Below the pieces are notes generated by a model, which saw only the letters and a program-made list of their open reading frames with translations, searched no databases and had not been told where the DNA came from. Made by a program: the position numbers and the translations under genes. A stretch of DNA of 64,000 nucleotides from an uncultured Bacteroidales bacterium. GTDB lineage: Bacteria; Bacteroidota; Bacteroidia; Bacteroidales; WCHB1-69. Position 1 is the stretch's first letter. Each line of letters begins with the position of its first letter. The stretch lies in assembly GCA_947169105.1 (NCBI GenBank), contig CAMVOL010000003.1, forward strand, positions 33,977 to 97,976, written 5' to 3'. This document shows, piece by piece, positions 24,001 to 27,769 of the stretch.

Positions 24001-25270
24001 AGCAAGAGCTGTCACTGTTATACACGAATGCAGAAAATGTGTATGGACGATCTTCTTGTATGGCCAAATTCTGATATGAGTAGGTAGCCACACGTGAATT
24101 CGCCTCAACAAACACCCCATTCTTATAAAAATTGTACTGATATTGTGTTCCACTTCCATGGTTATCCCATCCATCAACGAGAACAGATACCGGGAAGGTT
24201 TCAACTTTTTCGCCAGCCGCTCTGCAATAAGTCAAATCAACGGTGGATACTAATTGCGCAGAGAACGAGTGGACCACCACTGTGGTATTGGCGGTGCAAC
24301 CGCCATTATCCACATAGCGGAAGTAGTGGGTACCTTCCGCGAGGGTGGAAAGGTTGATGACGCTGTCGGTCAGGTCGAGGCGGGTGGCGCCATCGTACCA
24401 AGTATAGACAGTGCCGCCAGAGGTTGCGGTCAGTTTGACGGAAGCGCCGACGCAGACGACGCTCTTGTCAGCCTCAAGGGTAGCGGAACTACTACCATCA
24501 ATTGTCACGGTTGTCACAGCAGAGGTGTCCGTGCAATAGACATTGCCTACCTGATAGGTGACTGCGACTCTGTAAGAGCCCCCCACTGACACTGCAAAAG
24601 TGGGTTCAGTAGTATAACCCACGGGGGTAGCTTCACCCTCTTTCAACCATATATATTCAATTGCGGTACCTCCCGGGGTGTTGCTATGGAAGGTGGCCGT
24701 CAGCAATGCCGTGGAACAGCCGCCGGCACTAGCGGTCAGGTTCACGGTAGCCTTCTGAATCTTTGTAAATAAAAATTCCGCTGAACGGGAGGTGATACAT
24801 ACGGGGTAGTTTTTCGTGACCTCCACGTGAAACCACGCCGTATCGGAACTGAGTTCGGCGACACTGAAATCATAGACATTGCTTGTCGCCCCCGAAATCA
24901 CATTGCCACTTTTATACCATTGGTAAGTATAGTGGACAGTATCGTTAGGCTCATTATCGTCAACGATGGCTGTCAGTCTCACACGGCCGTCTGCGCAGGC
25001 GTAGTGAGGACCTTCAATCGTTGCGATGATGGCCTTGACTCCCTTCACTCCTTTGGAGCGCGGCGAGTTGGGGCCATTGTCTCCATCGAAGTTGCAAGCA
25101 AAACTTCCTGAAGCATTTGATGCAAAATGAACTTGATGCTTTCCACTGGGCGTCGATACGGATGTCCCAGTCACCCCATCATTGTTCAATGACGAGGTTA
25201 CCGACTCGCACCGGGCCTGATTTCCTAAATACATAAATAACATCAGGAAAAAAATCGTAAATTTTTTCAT
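2..25270 (-). CDS. Giant secreted Ig-like repeat protein (putative adhesin or surface filament), at least 8,423 aa, 3' end outside the window
   Basis: Hand translation from ATG 25270 gives MKKFTIFFLMLFMYLGNQARC-ESV... (signal peptide), then repeats of the form xICxGGxVTLTA...YxW...GC. The segments I translated (25270-24950, 17620-17380, 7900-7057, 420-2) are all open in one frame. The ORF track lists no minus-strand ORF in this frame, as expected if there is no stop before the edge. The long + strand shadow ORFs all share its codon register (start = 2 mod 3). Confidence 0.93.
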   Translation of the reverse strand, partial: MKKFTIFFLMLFMYLGNQARCESVTSSLNNDGVTGTSVSTPSGKHQVHFASNASGSFACNFDGDNGPNSPRSKGVKGVKAIIATIEGPHYACADGRVRLTAIVDDNEPNDTVHYTYQWYKSGNVISGATSNVYDFSVAELSSDTAWFHVEVTKNYPVCITSRSAEFLFTKIQKATVNLTASAGGCSTALLTATFHSNTPGGTAIEYIWLKEGEATPVGYTTEPTFAVSVGGSYRVAVTYQVGNVYCTDTSAVTTVTIDGSSSATLEADKSVVCVGASVKLTATSGGTVYTWYDGATRLDLTDSVINLSTLAEGTHYFRYVDNGGCTANTTVVVHSFSAQLVSTVDLTYCRAAGEKVETFPVSVLVDGWDNHGSGTQYQYNFYKNGVFVEANSRVATYSYQNLAIQEDRPYTFSAFVYNSDSSCYAWTNELEVFVHNMPTIEVVSTSDSVCAGTEVTLTARVNGFTTNYKKYQWSTSDTTESITYIVNAASDLTVTVTPAIASCVAQGTIHIGLRDSIETPAVIVYGDTLNATNTHVSYELADNNFVCNGAQVKVSASFPNGPREDYIYKWYKNGVEIGATDTSFYDVLENNGTTAIQTQYSVEVSSVAGCAPKSNQSVVFDVLPSLNAVIQGPDHICEGTEDSLTVVVLNSEMESRLTNAQYRWFVDGIEKTTETTHRLLTNDLSGATSPHNISVVIKLPGVAGCNSWGEAEFNIQVDATPVVRLMASDTMICRGGDVDLSLIVTSTNDVPAVAYKWINVTNNDTLSFVGDAITVTPTDDEVEYKVDLYQYYTSDPDQNPSCKASSNTVKIKVYGAPKITAVKVTPDTICSGSQVTVYATSEVTTGDAPSTNIYKWYRNGVEISGVTDSVFTETLTCTNNTQTNYVYTVTMTQSISGCATDTVVFDTAIVRPMPTVEITGAPMVCLNDTVKLTANINDDFNSYEYEWRESNATFKTGANTIDTVLPARTYPYSFTFVMTNENLGCTATSEPYYVYVNDTIYVQITHDLDSVCEGTDVTLTANIGNQLTTGILYKWFSDADTTTAIAGATSQTCTHVPTATAGNYQAYSVLIQQAGLSCKAFGVDSVKVINKPQLDITTIDTHDTICNGGHVAFKVTVNGEETNNGTYTWYKNGVVMNGCVTNSISDDPMVSTTGNVIYSVRFTQDGTGCDTTVSDTIYVIKNINIAIALKDMTTSYLCNSDENKVSLKSEITADGTILPSTLATPTYTWYLNGNMVQTGTADTLSEATVRPEGTYLYTVKVDCGDGCEAESVNFPIYIYGTPVVEVLSSDTTICVNGSVDFEAAVSNDASDVSYKWYVDGAAVAGATSSTFHYTFDAANTYKVVASVIRNHTNEATCEGRDTIEVKVSAVPDIVVEIKTNDTICNGQTVTVGVTTTPGINNENYIYTWYRNGEILNGVTDTVFTDDPVNNGNNIAKVVYGVKATQASSGCESVIKYDTLYIQPAPEVHIIGTPLVCHNDTVKLTADVQDGYTPINYTWYKDNEAQTGSNSEAFEDAADGRAYPYIYTVKVEYRANCTVEADPFYVYVNDSINVQVTHDQDSICAGSNVTFTANIGNFTTDNITYQWYKITSDTSILNGENNNTLTVAPTATEYKYFVRVRQQNTDCPASGSDSVKVIGMPTVTIAQTPTKDTVCSGYEYEFQANVSTTGNGTYVWTRNGEVLTNNQADQSVLRDAPEATGSDIKTFIYGVHFTQEGTGCDTTVYDTVYVIPSYTVTIAGTTDTCYDNTTDVQVMLTATVSPEYPNTYTNIAWTKNGAALGAAEALTGFTATKTADLADGTYTFTATVTNDYGCSIESEPFTVNVYATPIPQIAFSDTIICMGGEVAFEARIANGDENVTYQWFCNDSVPYATNTTYTHTFDAAGEVYAKVKAIRNGLCAAMDSVKINVKDIPTVTITDNVQDTVCGGMEIVFSAKGNSDIEGTYTYTWYKNGVVVEGATDTNYRDIPVAIANGYTTYIYGVKASQANSGCTSLMKLDTILIAPMPTVAISGTQDVCEGEDNVTLVANLNDSIENVTYQYTWRANNVNVYDGKTYTGTKGGDSTFTYVVFVTDATRGCSATSDPFEVNVHKAMVVAFLDTVVTICDNGQVTLTPTINDANISGLTYQWYKGEPSEGTAIHGATEWSYTTADTITGDVTYYFVATQTASGCADTASVKVVTKEIPSVTVEANHNNICYGGQVQLTAHAEGGMEETAYNYTWYRNGVEVAGVSDSMFVDQPTNIDRDTNTFIYYAVVNQGVSGCQSNPSSTVTVTVLPNPTLTITGAPILCGNNPTANLVAHLLNSTGTYKYQWRKDGVNDGAVSTEPTHDVTLSQRSYPYAFQVIATSDSTGCSAVSEEFLVYVNDSATLVVTTDVDTICAGGEVTFTANVGGNNADNLTYQWYTDASYSDAVGGATERSYTTTVTEAGVKKYYAKALLNPSGCMAQGFDSVEVVNDPQIASVTITPEEDTLCVGSEVTVTATATVNNGSARTYTWYRNGEEIAGVTDSTFSEVLTAENNGTSYIYTVKMTQAYSGCATTDTKADTVYIVPMPTVAIEGDATICHKGTVTLTANLNDSIQGVNYTYTWRRNNTTIATGRELTDTLTAQDEYYIYTVEVSDSVRGCSAMSAEYYVHVNDSLRVALVADDTTICAGGEVTFTVALADNNATDLVYRWTVDGAAIAGATTATMTREFADATEHTVYAEVEQTTSGCVAGDSVKFTVKEKPGVDVVADNDTICSGYQVRLAATATKGVSTEAYVYTWYINGVEVSGASDSVLYDNPTYVGGTTDSMLFVYGVSVRQASTGCESATAYDTVWVIPQPTLEISGDAILCAGQDHDTVTLYAHLNDIANNMDGLQYTWRLNNTDLTNADVLKATDTLVMLAGGAADEAYIYTVTAEMPGTGCRVTSEPYYVYVNDTVQVVVTATADTLCPGGEVTFTANLGNYNADNLVYVWSVKSGAGENDWTNVPGGTSRTLTVNPSETDSIYRVQVMQTTSGCWMNGYDTIHVVNSSEIIVLTVNKTMVCSGGEITLTAAVEGQRGTFQWYRNNVAIAGANTATLHDSPLAIDGDSTAYEYGVMFSSIFGGCTVTNDTTVYVYPNPTVAIEGDPLVCDGTDVILRANVNGYETTRTGLSYQWMLANRNLTADGVNVILNTKGDSLTYKNLPDSTDAYMFMVQVSDTNGCRMLSTEYPVYVNDSIHVVVTASDTTICNNGEVTLTAVLGDYNDDNLVYQWYTNGTTEAISGATERTLTTTVASTTIFYVKVTQTTSDCVAEGNIKVTTVAPAMITEIKPDTTDVCSGYDLRITASANGGIEHEPYIFTWYKNGVLIEGVTDSVFHDATVLSGTEAEQIIYSATVSQLSNSNCVSARATSAAVTVRPLPVVVISGDQMRCEGDVISLIASVSWDHSFMLDSVQQTWYLNNAPTLMAKTPLTPTFYYSEDSHASRDAQAEPYSYTIKIDLGAGCTVMSEPYDVYIKAAPVAAITVDDTTICNGGVVNLTGHIDNYNLEDLTYQWFQNDLTTPISGANEITYTTDPIETATTYYLIVKQTTTECADTVNVTITPKDAPVISQVEISENNICQGAQVTVTASVSGGIENEPYTFTWFRNGVQIENVTDSMFIDNPSLADYDANTFIYTAIATQASSACASAAVSDTLNVYDNPTVAISGNALLCNDSVTTLTAHVNDTVLATGVVEYQWRLFNTDITDSTNATITISHPASNEPYIYTVEITNANGCRSISEPYAVYVNNDIIVEVTASDDTVCAGGEVILTANLGDYNSTNLTYRWYTTNGTTETEIYGATSRTLTVHPTEKTNYKVYVLQTTSGCMAVGYDTVTIITLDTINLTLTPSDVICDGGEITLTADITGRGTYTWYRNGQMIPGANLNTVTDSPVTVDGAVTTYNYSLVYVPEIPGCVQPSIDTVVTVYPNHTVAITGDPIICNGNNVVLIANVNDTIGTATYTYQWMLANADIPATDNDTLDKHYDSSENPYIFTVKVTNDITGCAAVSDPFYVYVSDSASIQVVVTASDTMVCPTGEVILTANIADYNATNLTYVWKANGTEIPGATQATITTAVNGNTTYEVTINQTNTGCTATGNINVKMSEMPTITLKVSDTLICEGGQVTLVATPATAIPAALGTVTYTWFDNGQQISGVTDSVYTVSPVAYDNDNTVHNYTVMAMAEAPACQSAVSNVAKVTVTANPVVVISAMYDAYCTNTDVQIAVKITGNYRTTDDVQLYLDNGLTLLTPSTPMLTGPSSWELDFTDNVPVARNNNIYQAVVTTANGCSVRSNELSIDIMAPQVVAVSVAEDTICYGGTAVATASIENPNANVSYTWKINEEVVTGAFASTLVTSDLNEQGMDTIAVTVTDLDSRCKTTQVAYIKVNAVPSIDQIVMNEDSVCEGYQVEIAAVPNDTLGIPGVAYTYTWYKNGIEIAVTNDSILREIAVATTYDTAVYVYGVVISQENSGCASEMKTDTLYVFPTPTIQIAGDQIICEDTMIMLKANLNDTIAGLAYNYEWRLFNETIRTAENAHDTLMFKAEPTDQPYIFTVIASNDRGCTVTSEPYNVYVNDSILVEVTHNVDSICPGGDLVLTANLADYNDEFLTYRWYRYDNTVGDYTPEYGATERIASVHPTTEQAVNDWVKYKIVILQTNSGCIAEGYDSVKLMNSSSIAFTYVGDTAICFGGAVMLGVTHQASGYYIWYRNGQQIPGANLDTIIDYPMAVDGDSTAYTYAAMYIPVSGGCNSLIVDTTIYVYPNPTIQISGDAIVCDSVAGNISLHAYVDTVAVFDDLHYQWYESNRMLEGQTADTLTTTAGFRDEPYLYTVKIFNDRGCTTMSEAYAVYVNDSIFVEVTATADTVCEGAEVTLTAHLFDYNTDQLTYRWESAPMGSDNFTPIWGATERILTTVVDSTMCYRVKVTQTTSLCSAYGYDTITVFTPDTIVIALTAHDTICSGGEIMLQATNNHGEALDGGTYSWTRNGIIIEGAYGATILDSPLAVDGDSTRYVYGVTFFPDYAGCRVEAADTAVIVYGNPTVQISGDPIICNMENDSIVLVANVNDTANYPISYQWRLANRNIEDATDDTLKIRMEASDNPYLFTVQVTNDRGCTTLSDEFPVYVNDSNSINVAITSDYDSVCIGGEVTFTSHIVDYNSRHLTFQWYKVEKTSGGLDTLIPIEWAREPWLTYTLTDTLWNKFALKITQTNSGCVAEGYDSVYVWPRTPFEVSKVTALNVATNSHQICDGGQVDVTASVRDLYGNPVDSTLFTYEWFRNGFEHPFLSGPWFRESPLTVDDDTTRYVYSTTIVLDIPGCRYSNRGISDSITVTRNPVVRIQGVPYVCQYDPVNLVAWVNGRTNIPLTTTYYWYFDGRAINAARYTYTDNVDVTTGWAHEYQVEVVDANGCSAWSDPFEVVVYKAPVTHIVATEDTICEGGEVTLTATLEDYNIEYLLYQWYKNDPDVEANRILGASEATYTVVPDSTTTYYVKVSSTLGQNNHALCTSVDGFKVVVVKDPVVDSVVISDTSICDGGQVTMVAHATGGVASDEYVFTWFRNNEVIEGVTDSIFTESPLTVDGNITKYVYSASVKQASSGCQSVRTFSNDTLTVYPNPTVVIAGDPIICEDTIIKLYANVTNDYMGAELTYTWLLYNDTITDANSNGTVNGRDSIVDKRGPQDYPYIYTVVVDNPHGCRMESAPYYVYVNDTIVVEVTSTEDTICTDGVVTLTANLGDYNDSDLTYRWYKNDTTAANQIWGATQSTLTTSVHETTVFWVRVFQTPSACETYGSDTVVVRPVPVIDTIQLSVYDICDGGQVTVTAHAHGGVDSTEFPYIFTWYRNNELMEGYTDSTFTVSDLTVDGDITKYVFSATVHQTAAGCESVRAYADTLTVNPNPYVVISGDPTICQDSTIYLTANVTYDYDSAHLTYTWLLDNDTIRQPQEGHDTIIENKAPRDHAYNYTVVVANAHGCTSESEVFSVTVSPRPVVEVTVAVGEDTTICEGGSTVLVANIDNYNLDNLMYRWSAKNLRTNDSIDVDGGMQREITVNPTDTTMYYVEVYQVGSECRSYDSIKINVNKVPVIDTIQLSVYDICDGGQVTVTAHAHGGVDSTEFPYIFTWYRNNELMEGYTDSTFTVSDLTVDGDITKYVFSATVHQTAAGCESVRAYADTLTVNPNPYVVISGDPTICQDSTIYLTANVTYDYDSAHLTYTWLLDNDTIRQPQEGHDTIIENKAPRDHAYNYTVVVANAHGCTSESEVFSVTVSPRPVVEVTVAVGEDTTICEGGSTVLVANIDNYNLDNLMYRWSAKNLRTGDSSNVDGGMQREITVTPTDTTMYYVEVYQVGSECRSYDSIQINVNEIPVVDSIKLSFYEMCYGGQPTITAYAHGGVDTVNNPYIYTWYRNGELIEGVTSRSFTDNLNEVAVDNDDTYYIYTATVHQDVSGCISESNSSDTLNVYMNPRVEVTGYPYVCETDPIFCYANVDTSSINVGELSYTWYESGELRDNMEYGYGNDSRFSEYYPARPNPYRISVEVTRGNGCRTMSEQFLVYVEEQPRVMITTTETDICVDGSVTLTANLENYHMDDLTFQWYTTDTVDLAHEIYGATLPVYTTNALSDTGINKFSVRVYRTRSHCFDTDNIEILVHSDPVIDSITVSDNDTVICAGGEFTLTAHTTVDSVLGIATYTWFRDGVEIVGAHDSVLTEHPMTVDNDSINHTYTVLVTMSANGCQSTIDSNSTRVITILPNATVQIEGDPVICGAGNERDTLRLIANVNDTSARVDGFTYEWRLFNRTLTVDDTNSNNNVVVISGLDSTVLTVLAAPSENPYLFTVHVWNFNGCSTSSEPFPVFVNDTTSLVITASETEICRGGEVTLFANLGDYNVPSLTYQWSSLQENASTIDTIAGATSSTYTTTLDSTTTFYVDLVQTTSSCLSQAAITINVHDDPVVKLDIDDNDTIICDGGQIRLIAHASYDTVALGVPTFTWFRNGFEIENAHDSILVESPLTVDGDSTRYTYQVLVTLTASGCQSVITDSSTVDVYVFPNPTVEIEGDHFICGDGIGMDTLVLTANVNDTVVADSYTYEWRLFNRTLEDSVNIVWGATTPVLHMVLEPNDEPYIFTVTVHNPNGCTTISAPFSAIVNKAVAVTALTTETDICKGGEVTVSAHLDNYNIEGLTYQWYKATDTTTTRMQVGDTDSNIVANIIPGATESTFTTILEDTTTFYVVVSQPNSSCYTIASVKVNAHNDPVIDSITISDGDTNICEGGQFTLVAHASFDENLGTPTYTWFRNGVEILNATDSVITESPVTVDGDLTHYRYEVLVTLTASGCQSVIDSNSTMDVHVYPNSTVQIEGDPIICGAGLNRTVAHLTAHLNDTVADVDGYTYEWRLFNRTIGNDDDSLIHHVADTMVLDYGLAVSDNPYIFKVIVHNPNGCTNESADFYVYVNDTASIVVTASEDDICEGGTVTFTANIGDYNMPNLTYQWFAGDTTDADRIGGATQSTYTVTLDTAKTYTFFVKIYQPTSGCVAYGSDTVKVHSDPTVSLAISDETPDTNICEGGQITLTATATYDPELGDPIFTWFRNGVRVENATDSVLTDSPVTVDGDLTNYRYEVIVTLTASGCQSVVDSNSTMDVHVYPNATVEIEGDHNICGAGEGLDTCVLVANVNDTIIDADGYTYEWRLFNRTLSFTTARIDTVLVPNDEAYIFYARVTNPNGCTSDWASFDVTVHQPVEVTALTSEADICAGGQVTVSAHLDNYNIEGLTYQWMLNGDSVAGATSAEYTTTLDTVATYTFEVLVAQPTTSCISRATVTVNVHDDPTVSLAISDEDTVICDGGNFTLTATAHYDEVLGDVTYTWTKNGVEVADAHGATLTESHVTVDNDTTTFTYTVIATLTASGCQSIVTDSSTITVTVLRNPTVVIAGDPVICGSGNNATSVHLTANLNDNSELVDGFTYEWRLENVTLGFTTNELDTVLEPSVDPYHFMVVIHNENGCAASDDFEVLVNAAPVVNAEAAETDYCVGGSTVLTSHIIDRNAENLTYQWLLEGDTLHGANEETYTTPTNLRAGTYAYTVLVYQTTSDCIGSADVTIIVHNDPTIDSITVNNAVVCDGGQVIVTAHATLEDVLGEATYTWYKNGTRMDGITANTFTDNPVVVDNDVTEITYSATVTLRASGCTSEEVFAQVVTVKPHATVSVVATGSTTVCEGGNVTFTANVDPADDTYTYQWYLDNEQAGYDTNVYVVEGLDARETPYMVHVVVTSAPGCTTSTMDQAVAVNVTTDPIVTLIDIDNMGASMVCVGGTTTLSASYTGGADQINGLGTPTYTWFNNGEQVGTGNTYDIPDTLAAGTYNYTVVMSFEDNAYGCDVNTAVQGNTGVYTFTVVDDPAPFIAVNVDNDTMVCEGGSTQLYVHHIDNGIEGIEYEYQWYRNGIILA
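6381..7057. repeat. Copy 1 of an internal 843-nt tandem duplication (677-nt identical core)
   Basis: 6381-7057 reads identical to 7224-7900. Similarity extends with mismatches back to about 6205. The shadow ORFs 5147..7090 and 7385..8803 share an identical stretch of about 170 aa. Confidence 0.95.
7224..7900. repeat. Copy 2 of the internal 843-nt tandem duplication
   Basis: Offset of 843 nt (281 codons, one A-B-C super-repeat) from copy 1. Confidence 0.95.
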
Positions 25271-25430
25271 TGCTTTGAATTTAATTATTACTTTATATTT
25301 CTATTTTCTTCAATAAATTCTATTCCTAAATACCATCTGAATAACAATAAGTTACGCAGATTTTTTTTGGGTTTTGATTCAGTTTTTTGAGGTTTCTAAA
25401 CACTCCTTTTCATTTTAATATATCAACTTG

Positions 25431-25438
25431 CAAAAATA
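25431..25438 (-). promoter_or_regulatory. Bacteroidota -7 promoter box (TATTTTTG) for the giant gene
   Basis: The minus strand reads TGTATTTTTGCA, matching TAnnTTTG, about 160 nt upstream of ATG 25270. Confidence 0.7.
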
Positions 25439-25654
25439 CAAAAAAATAAGCACATACGGTTGTTTGCTCACTTTTTTTTTAAACTTCTACCCTGTTGCGA
25501 GTTTTCAGGGTTTTCAACAACTTATAAACACAGCTATATTTTTTTGTATATCAACATCTTAATTTTTATTCGTTAATTTTTATTCACAGCCAAAATTTGA
25601 TAAATAATTTCTCCGAACCTCTCCAACAAGGGTGTTTTTCCAACTTTTCACAAC

Positions 25655-25686
25655 AAAAAAGGGTAAGAATCCTCGTTCTTACCCTT
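25655..25686 (-). terminator. Intrinsic terminator after the glnA-containing operon
   Basis: Stem AAGGGTAAGAA / TTCTTACCCTT, followed by a T-run on the minus strand, 35 nt after stop 25721. Confidence 0.8.
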
Positions 25687-25720
25687 GATTTTTTATTGTA
25701 AATAATTATATATCAGTATT

Positions 25721-26236
25721 TTAATATAAAAGCGCGATATCTTTTTTGAGTTGTTCCATTGCTAAAGCTGTCGGAGACTCGTCAGCGACGGCGGCCAACA
25801 CCCCTCCGGCCAAGTCGGTGGACATCGCCCCCTCCTCCAAATGCCCCGCAGCAAGGTTGATGACATTCACCACCTTCTCCTTGGCATTCTTGATTCCCTC
25901 CCACGCCTCCGGCGAAATATAGACCTGCTGCGACAGGTTATGCTCGTATTCGCTACGGATGGTGGCCAACAGGATGGTCTGCATCTGGTAGGCCGTGAGT
26001 TCCGGATTCGACACCCTGAACAACAGCTGGTTCGGGTCGATGCGTTCGAGGAACATCGCCATCCTTTCGTAAGCCTGAAGCCTGATGGGCGTGACCAATT
26101 CCTTTGAATGGAACTTGAGTTCAAGCAGCCGCTTCTTCTGGTCGTTCTCCACGAAATACTTGGCGAGGACAAACGCGGTAACCGCCACAATAAGCGACGG
26201 CACCACGGCTATAATGATGATTGCGTAGGCAGGCAT
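25721..26236 (-). CDS. Hypothetical protein with an N-terminal membrane anchor
   Basis: 171 aa with an N-terminal hydrophobic helix and a RLQAYERMAMFLERI motif. Lies 12 nt downstream of glnA. Confidence 0.8.
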   Translation of the reverse strand: MPAYAIIIIAVVPSLIVAVTAFVLAKYFVENDQKKRLLELKFHSKELVTPIRLQAYERMAMFLERIDPNQLLFRVSNPELTAYQMQTILLATIRSEYEHNLSQQVYISPEAWEGIKNAKEKVVNVINLAAGHLEEGAMSTDLAGGVLAAVADESPTALAMEQLKKDIALLY

Positions 26237-26248
26237 AGCTACTTGTTT

Positions 26249-27754
26249 TTAACCACAATAGAAATACTTATGAACCATTTCAAGCATCAGGTCAGGATTC
26301 TTCTCGATGCGTTGGCGGATGTCGGCATCATCGAAACTCTTCAGGTGCTTGATGATGTCGTCAATCATTTCGGAGTTGAAAACACCGTGGGCCTCGAAGA
26401 TGCTACGGTGGGCGGAGAGCTGCTCGGCGGATTCGGCACAGGAGGCGGGCAGTTGTGCCAGCGCTTCCAGCTTCGCCTTGTTTTCCACCTTATGGATGTT
26501 GACATCCACGTAGGTCTTGGCGGCAAAGTCAAGAGCACCCTGCATCTCGAAACCGTGGCGGGCAGCGACGACCAGACCGGCCAGCAACAAGTAGATGTCG
26601 GCGGAACCATCGGGGCAGCGGAACTCGACCGTCTGCTTCTGGGAATGATCCTCGTTGTTGGGCTTCTCGTTGGGGTTGGTCATGGCTACCATGTCTGTGG
26701 CGCTGGTCCAGCCGAGGGGCACACGCACAAGAACGGAACGGTTGCGGTCGCCCCAGCAGATGGAGGTGGGGGCCTCCTGATGAGGAACAAGACGGAAGTA
26801 GGAGGTGGGGTTGGTGTTGCCGAATGCGGTGAGCGAGGAGGCGCAGGTCATATAACCGGCGATGGCGGTGCGGGCGATGGAGTTGAGCTTGCCGTTCTCT
26901 ACCATCTGGTTCACCCCATCTTTCACGATGCGGGTGTGGATATGGAGGCCGCTACCTGCCTTGCCGGCGGTAATCTTCGGAGCGAAGGTCACATCCAGTC
27001 CGTATTCGTGGGCGAGGTTGCGGATAATCCATTTGGCCAGTACGAGCTGGTCAGCGGCATCCTGCACGTCCGTCACCAAGAACTCTATTTCATTCTGTTC
27101 GTAAATCTTGTCATCAAGGGTGAAGTTCCCCACTTCGGAGTGCCCGTACTTGATCAGTCCTCCCACCTCAGCGATGTATAGCATGCACTGGGTGCGGAAC
27201 TCCTCGAACTTAGTGAAGGGAGCTGATTCATGGTAACCTTTTTGGTCGGGGGTCTGGTATAATTCTTCCTTGTCGCCAATGACGTAGTATTCCAGTTCGC
27301 CCATTGCCTGGAACTCCATACCCGTCACTTCCTTGAAGGACTTGACGGCCTTGCGGAGGATGTATTCCGGAGAGTTCTCCATCGGAAGCCCGTCCTTGTT
27401 GAAATAGGAGCAAAGGAACGAAAGGGTGGGGATGGTGGCGAAAGGATCGACGAAAGCCGTTTTGAAACGGGGGATGACATACATATCGCTGGAGCCGGCG
27501 TGGATAAAAGCGGGAAAGATGTTGGAACCGTCCACACGTTCACCACAGGAGAGGATCTGTTCCAGATACTCACGGCTATGCAGAATAAAATTGAGCGTTT
27601 TCAGTCTGCCATCACCAGCCACATACCGGAAATTGATCATTTTTATATCATTTTCCTCCACAAATTTAATCATGTCAGCTTTCGTGAATTCCTCGGGTGA
27701 TTTTTTCAAAAAGTTCACCACGGGGTTCATCGTCATCATACGTTCTTCTTTCAT
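26249..27754 (-). CDS. glnA: Glutamine synthetase (type I family)
   Basis: Motifs RVDGS, ELEYY, HSEVG, EIEF, FAPK...GSGLHIH, YFRLVPHQEAP, NRSVLVRVP, EFRCPD. Confidence 0.93.
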   Translation of the reverse strand: MKEERMMTMNPVVNFLKKSPEEFTKADMIKFVEENDIKMINFRYVAGDGRLKTLNFILHSREYLEQILSCGERVDGSNIFPAFIHAGSSDMYVIPRFKTAFVDPFATIPTLSFLCSYFNKDGLPMENSPEYILRKAVKSFKEVTGMEFQAMGELEYYVIGDKEELYQTPDQKGYHESAPFTKFEEFRTQCMLYIAEVGGLIKYGHSEVGNFTLDDKIYEQNEIEFLVTDVQDAADQLVLAKWIIRNLAHEYGLDVTFAPKITAGKAGSGLHIHTRIVKDGVNQMVENGKLNSIARTAIAGYMTCASSLTAFGNTNPTSYFRLVPHQEAPTSICWGDRNRSVLVRVPLGWTSATDMVAMTNPNEKPNNEDHSQKQTVEFRCPDGSADIYLLLAGLVVAARHGFEMQGALDFAAKTYVDVNIHKVENKAKLEALAQLPASCAESAEQLSAHRSIFEAHGVFNSEMIDDIIKHLKSFDDADIRQRIEKNPDLMLEMVHKYFYCG

Positions 27755-27769
27755 AACAAAATATGAGTT

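Noticed and set aside
68-25111. Many long + strand ORFs (e.g. 1853..4864 1003 aa, 11189..13432, 19637..21688)
   Set aside because: They are antisense shadows. All share the codon register of the giant minus-strand gene, are R/H/V/S-rich and show no protein motifs.
1-25270. Alternative genetic code or stop readthrough to explain the lack of annotated genes
   Set aside because: Not needed. The frame is open under code 11 and was probably skipped because its stop lies outside the window. Other genes use TAA, TAG and TGA normally.
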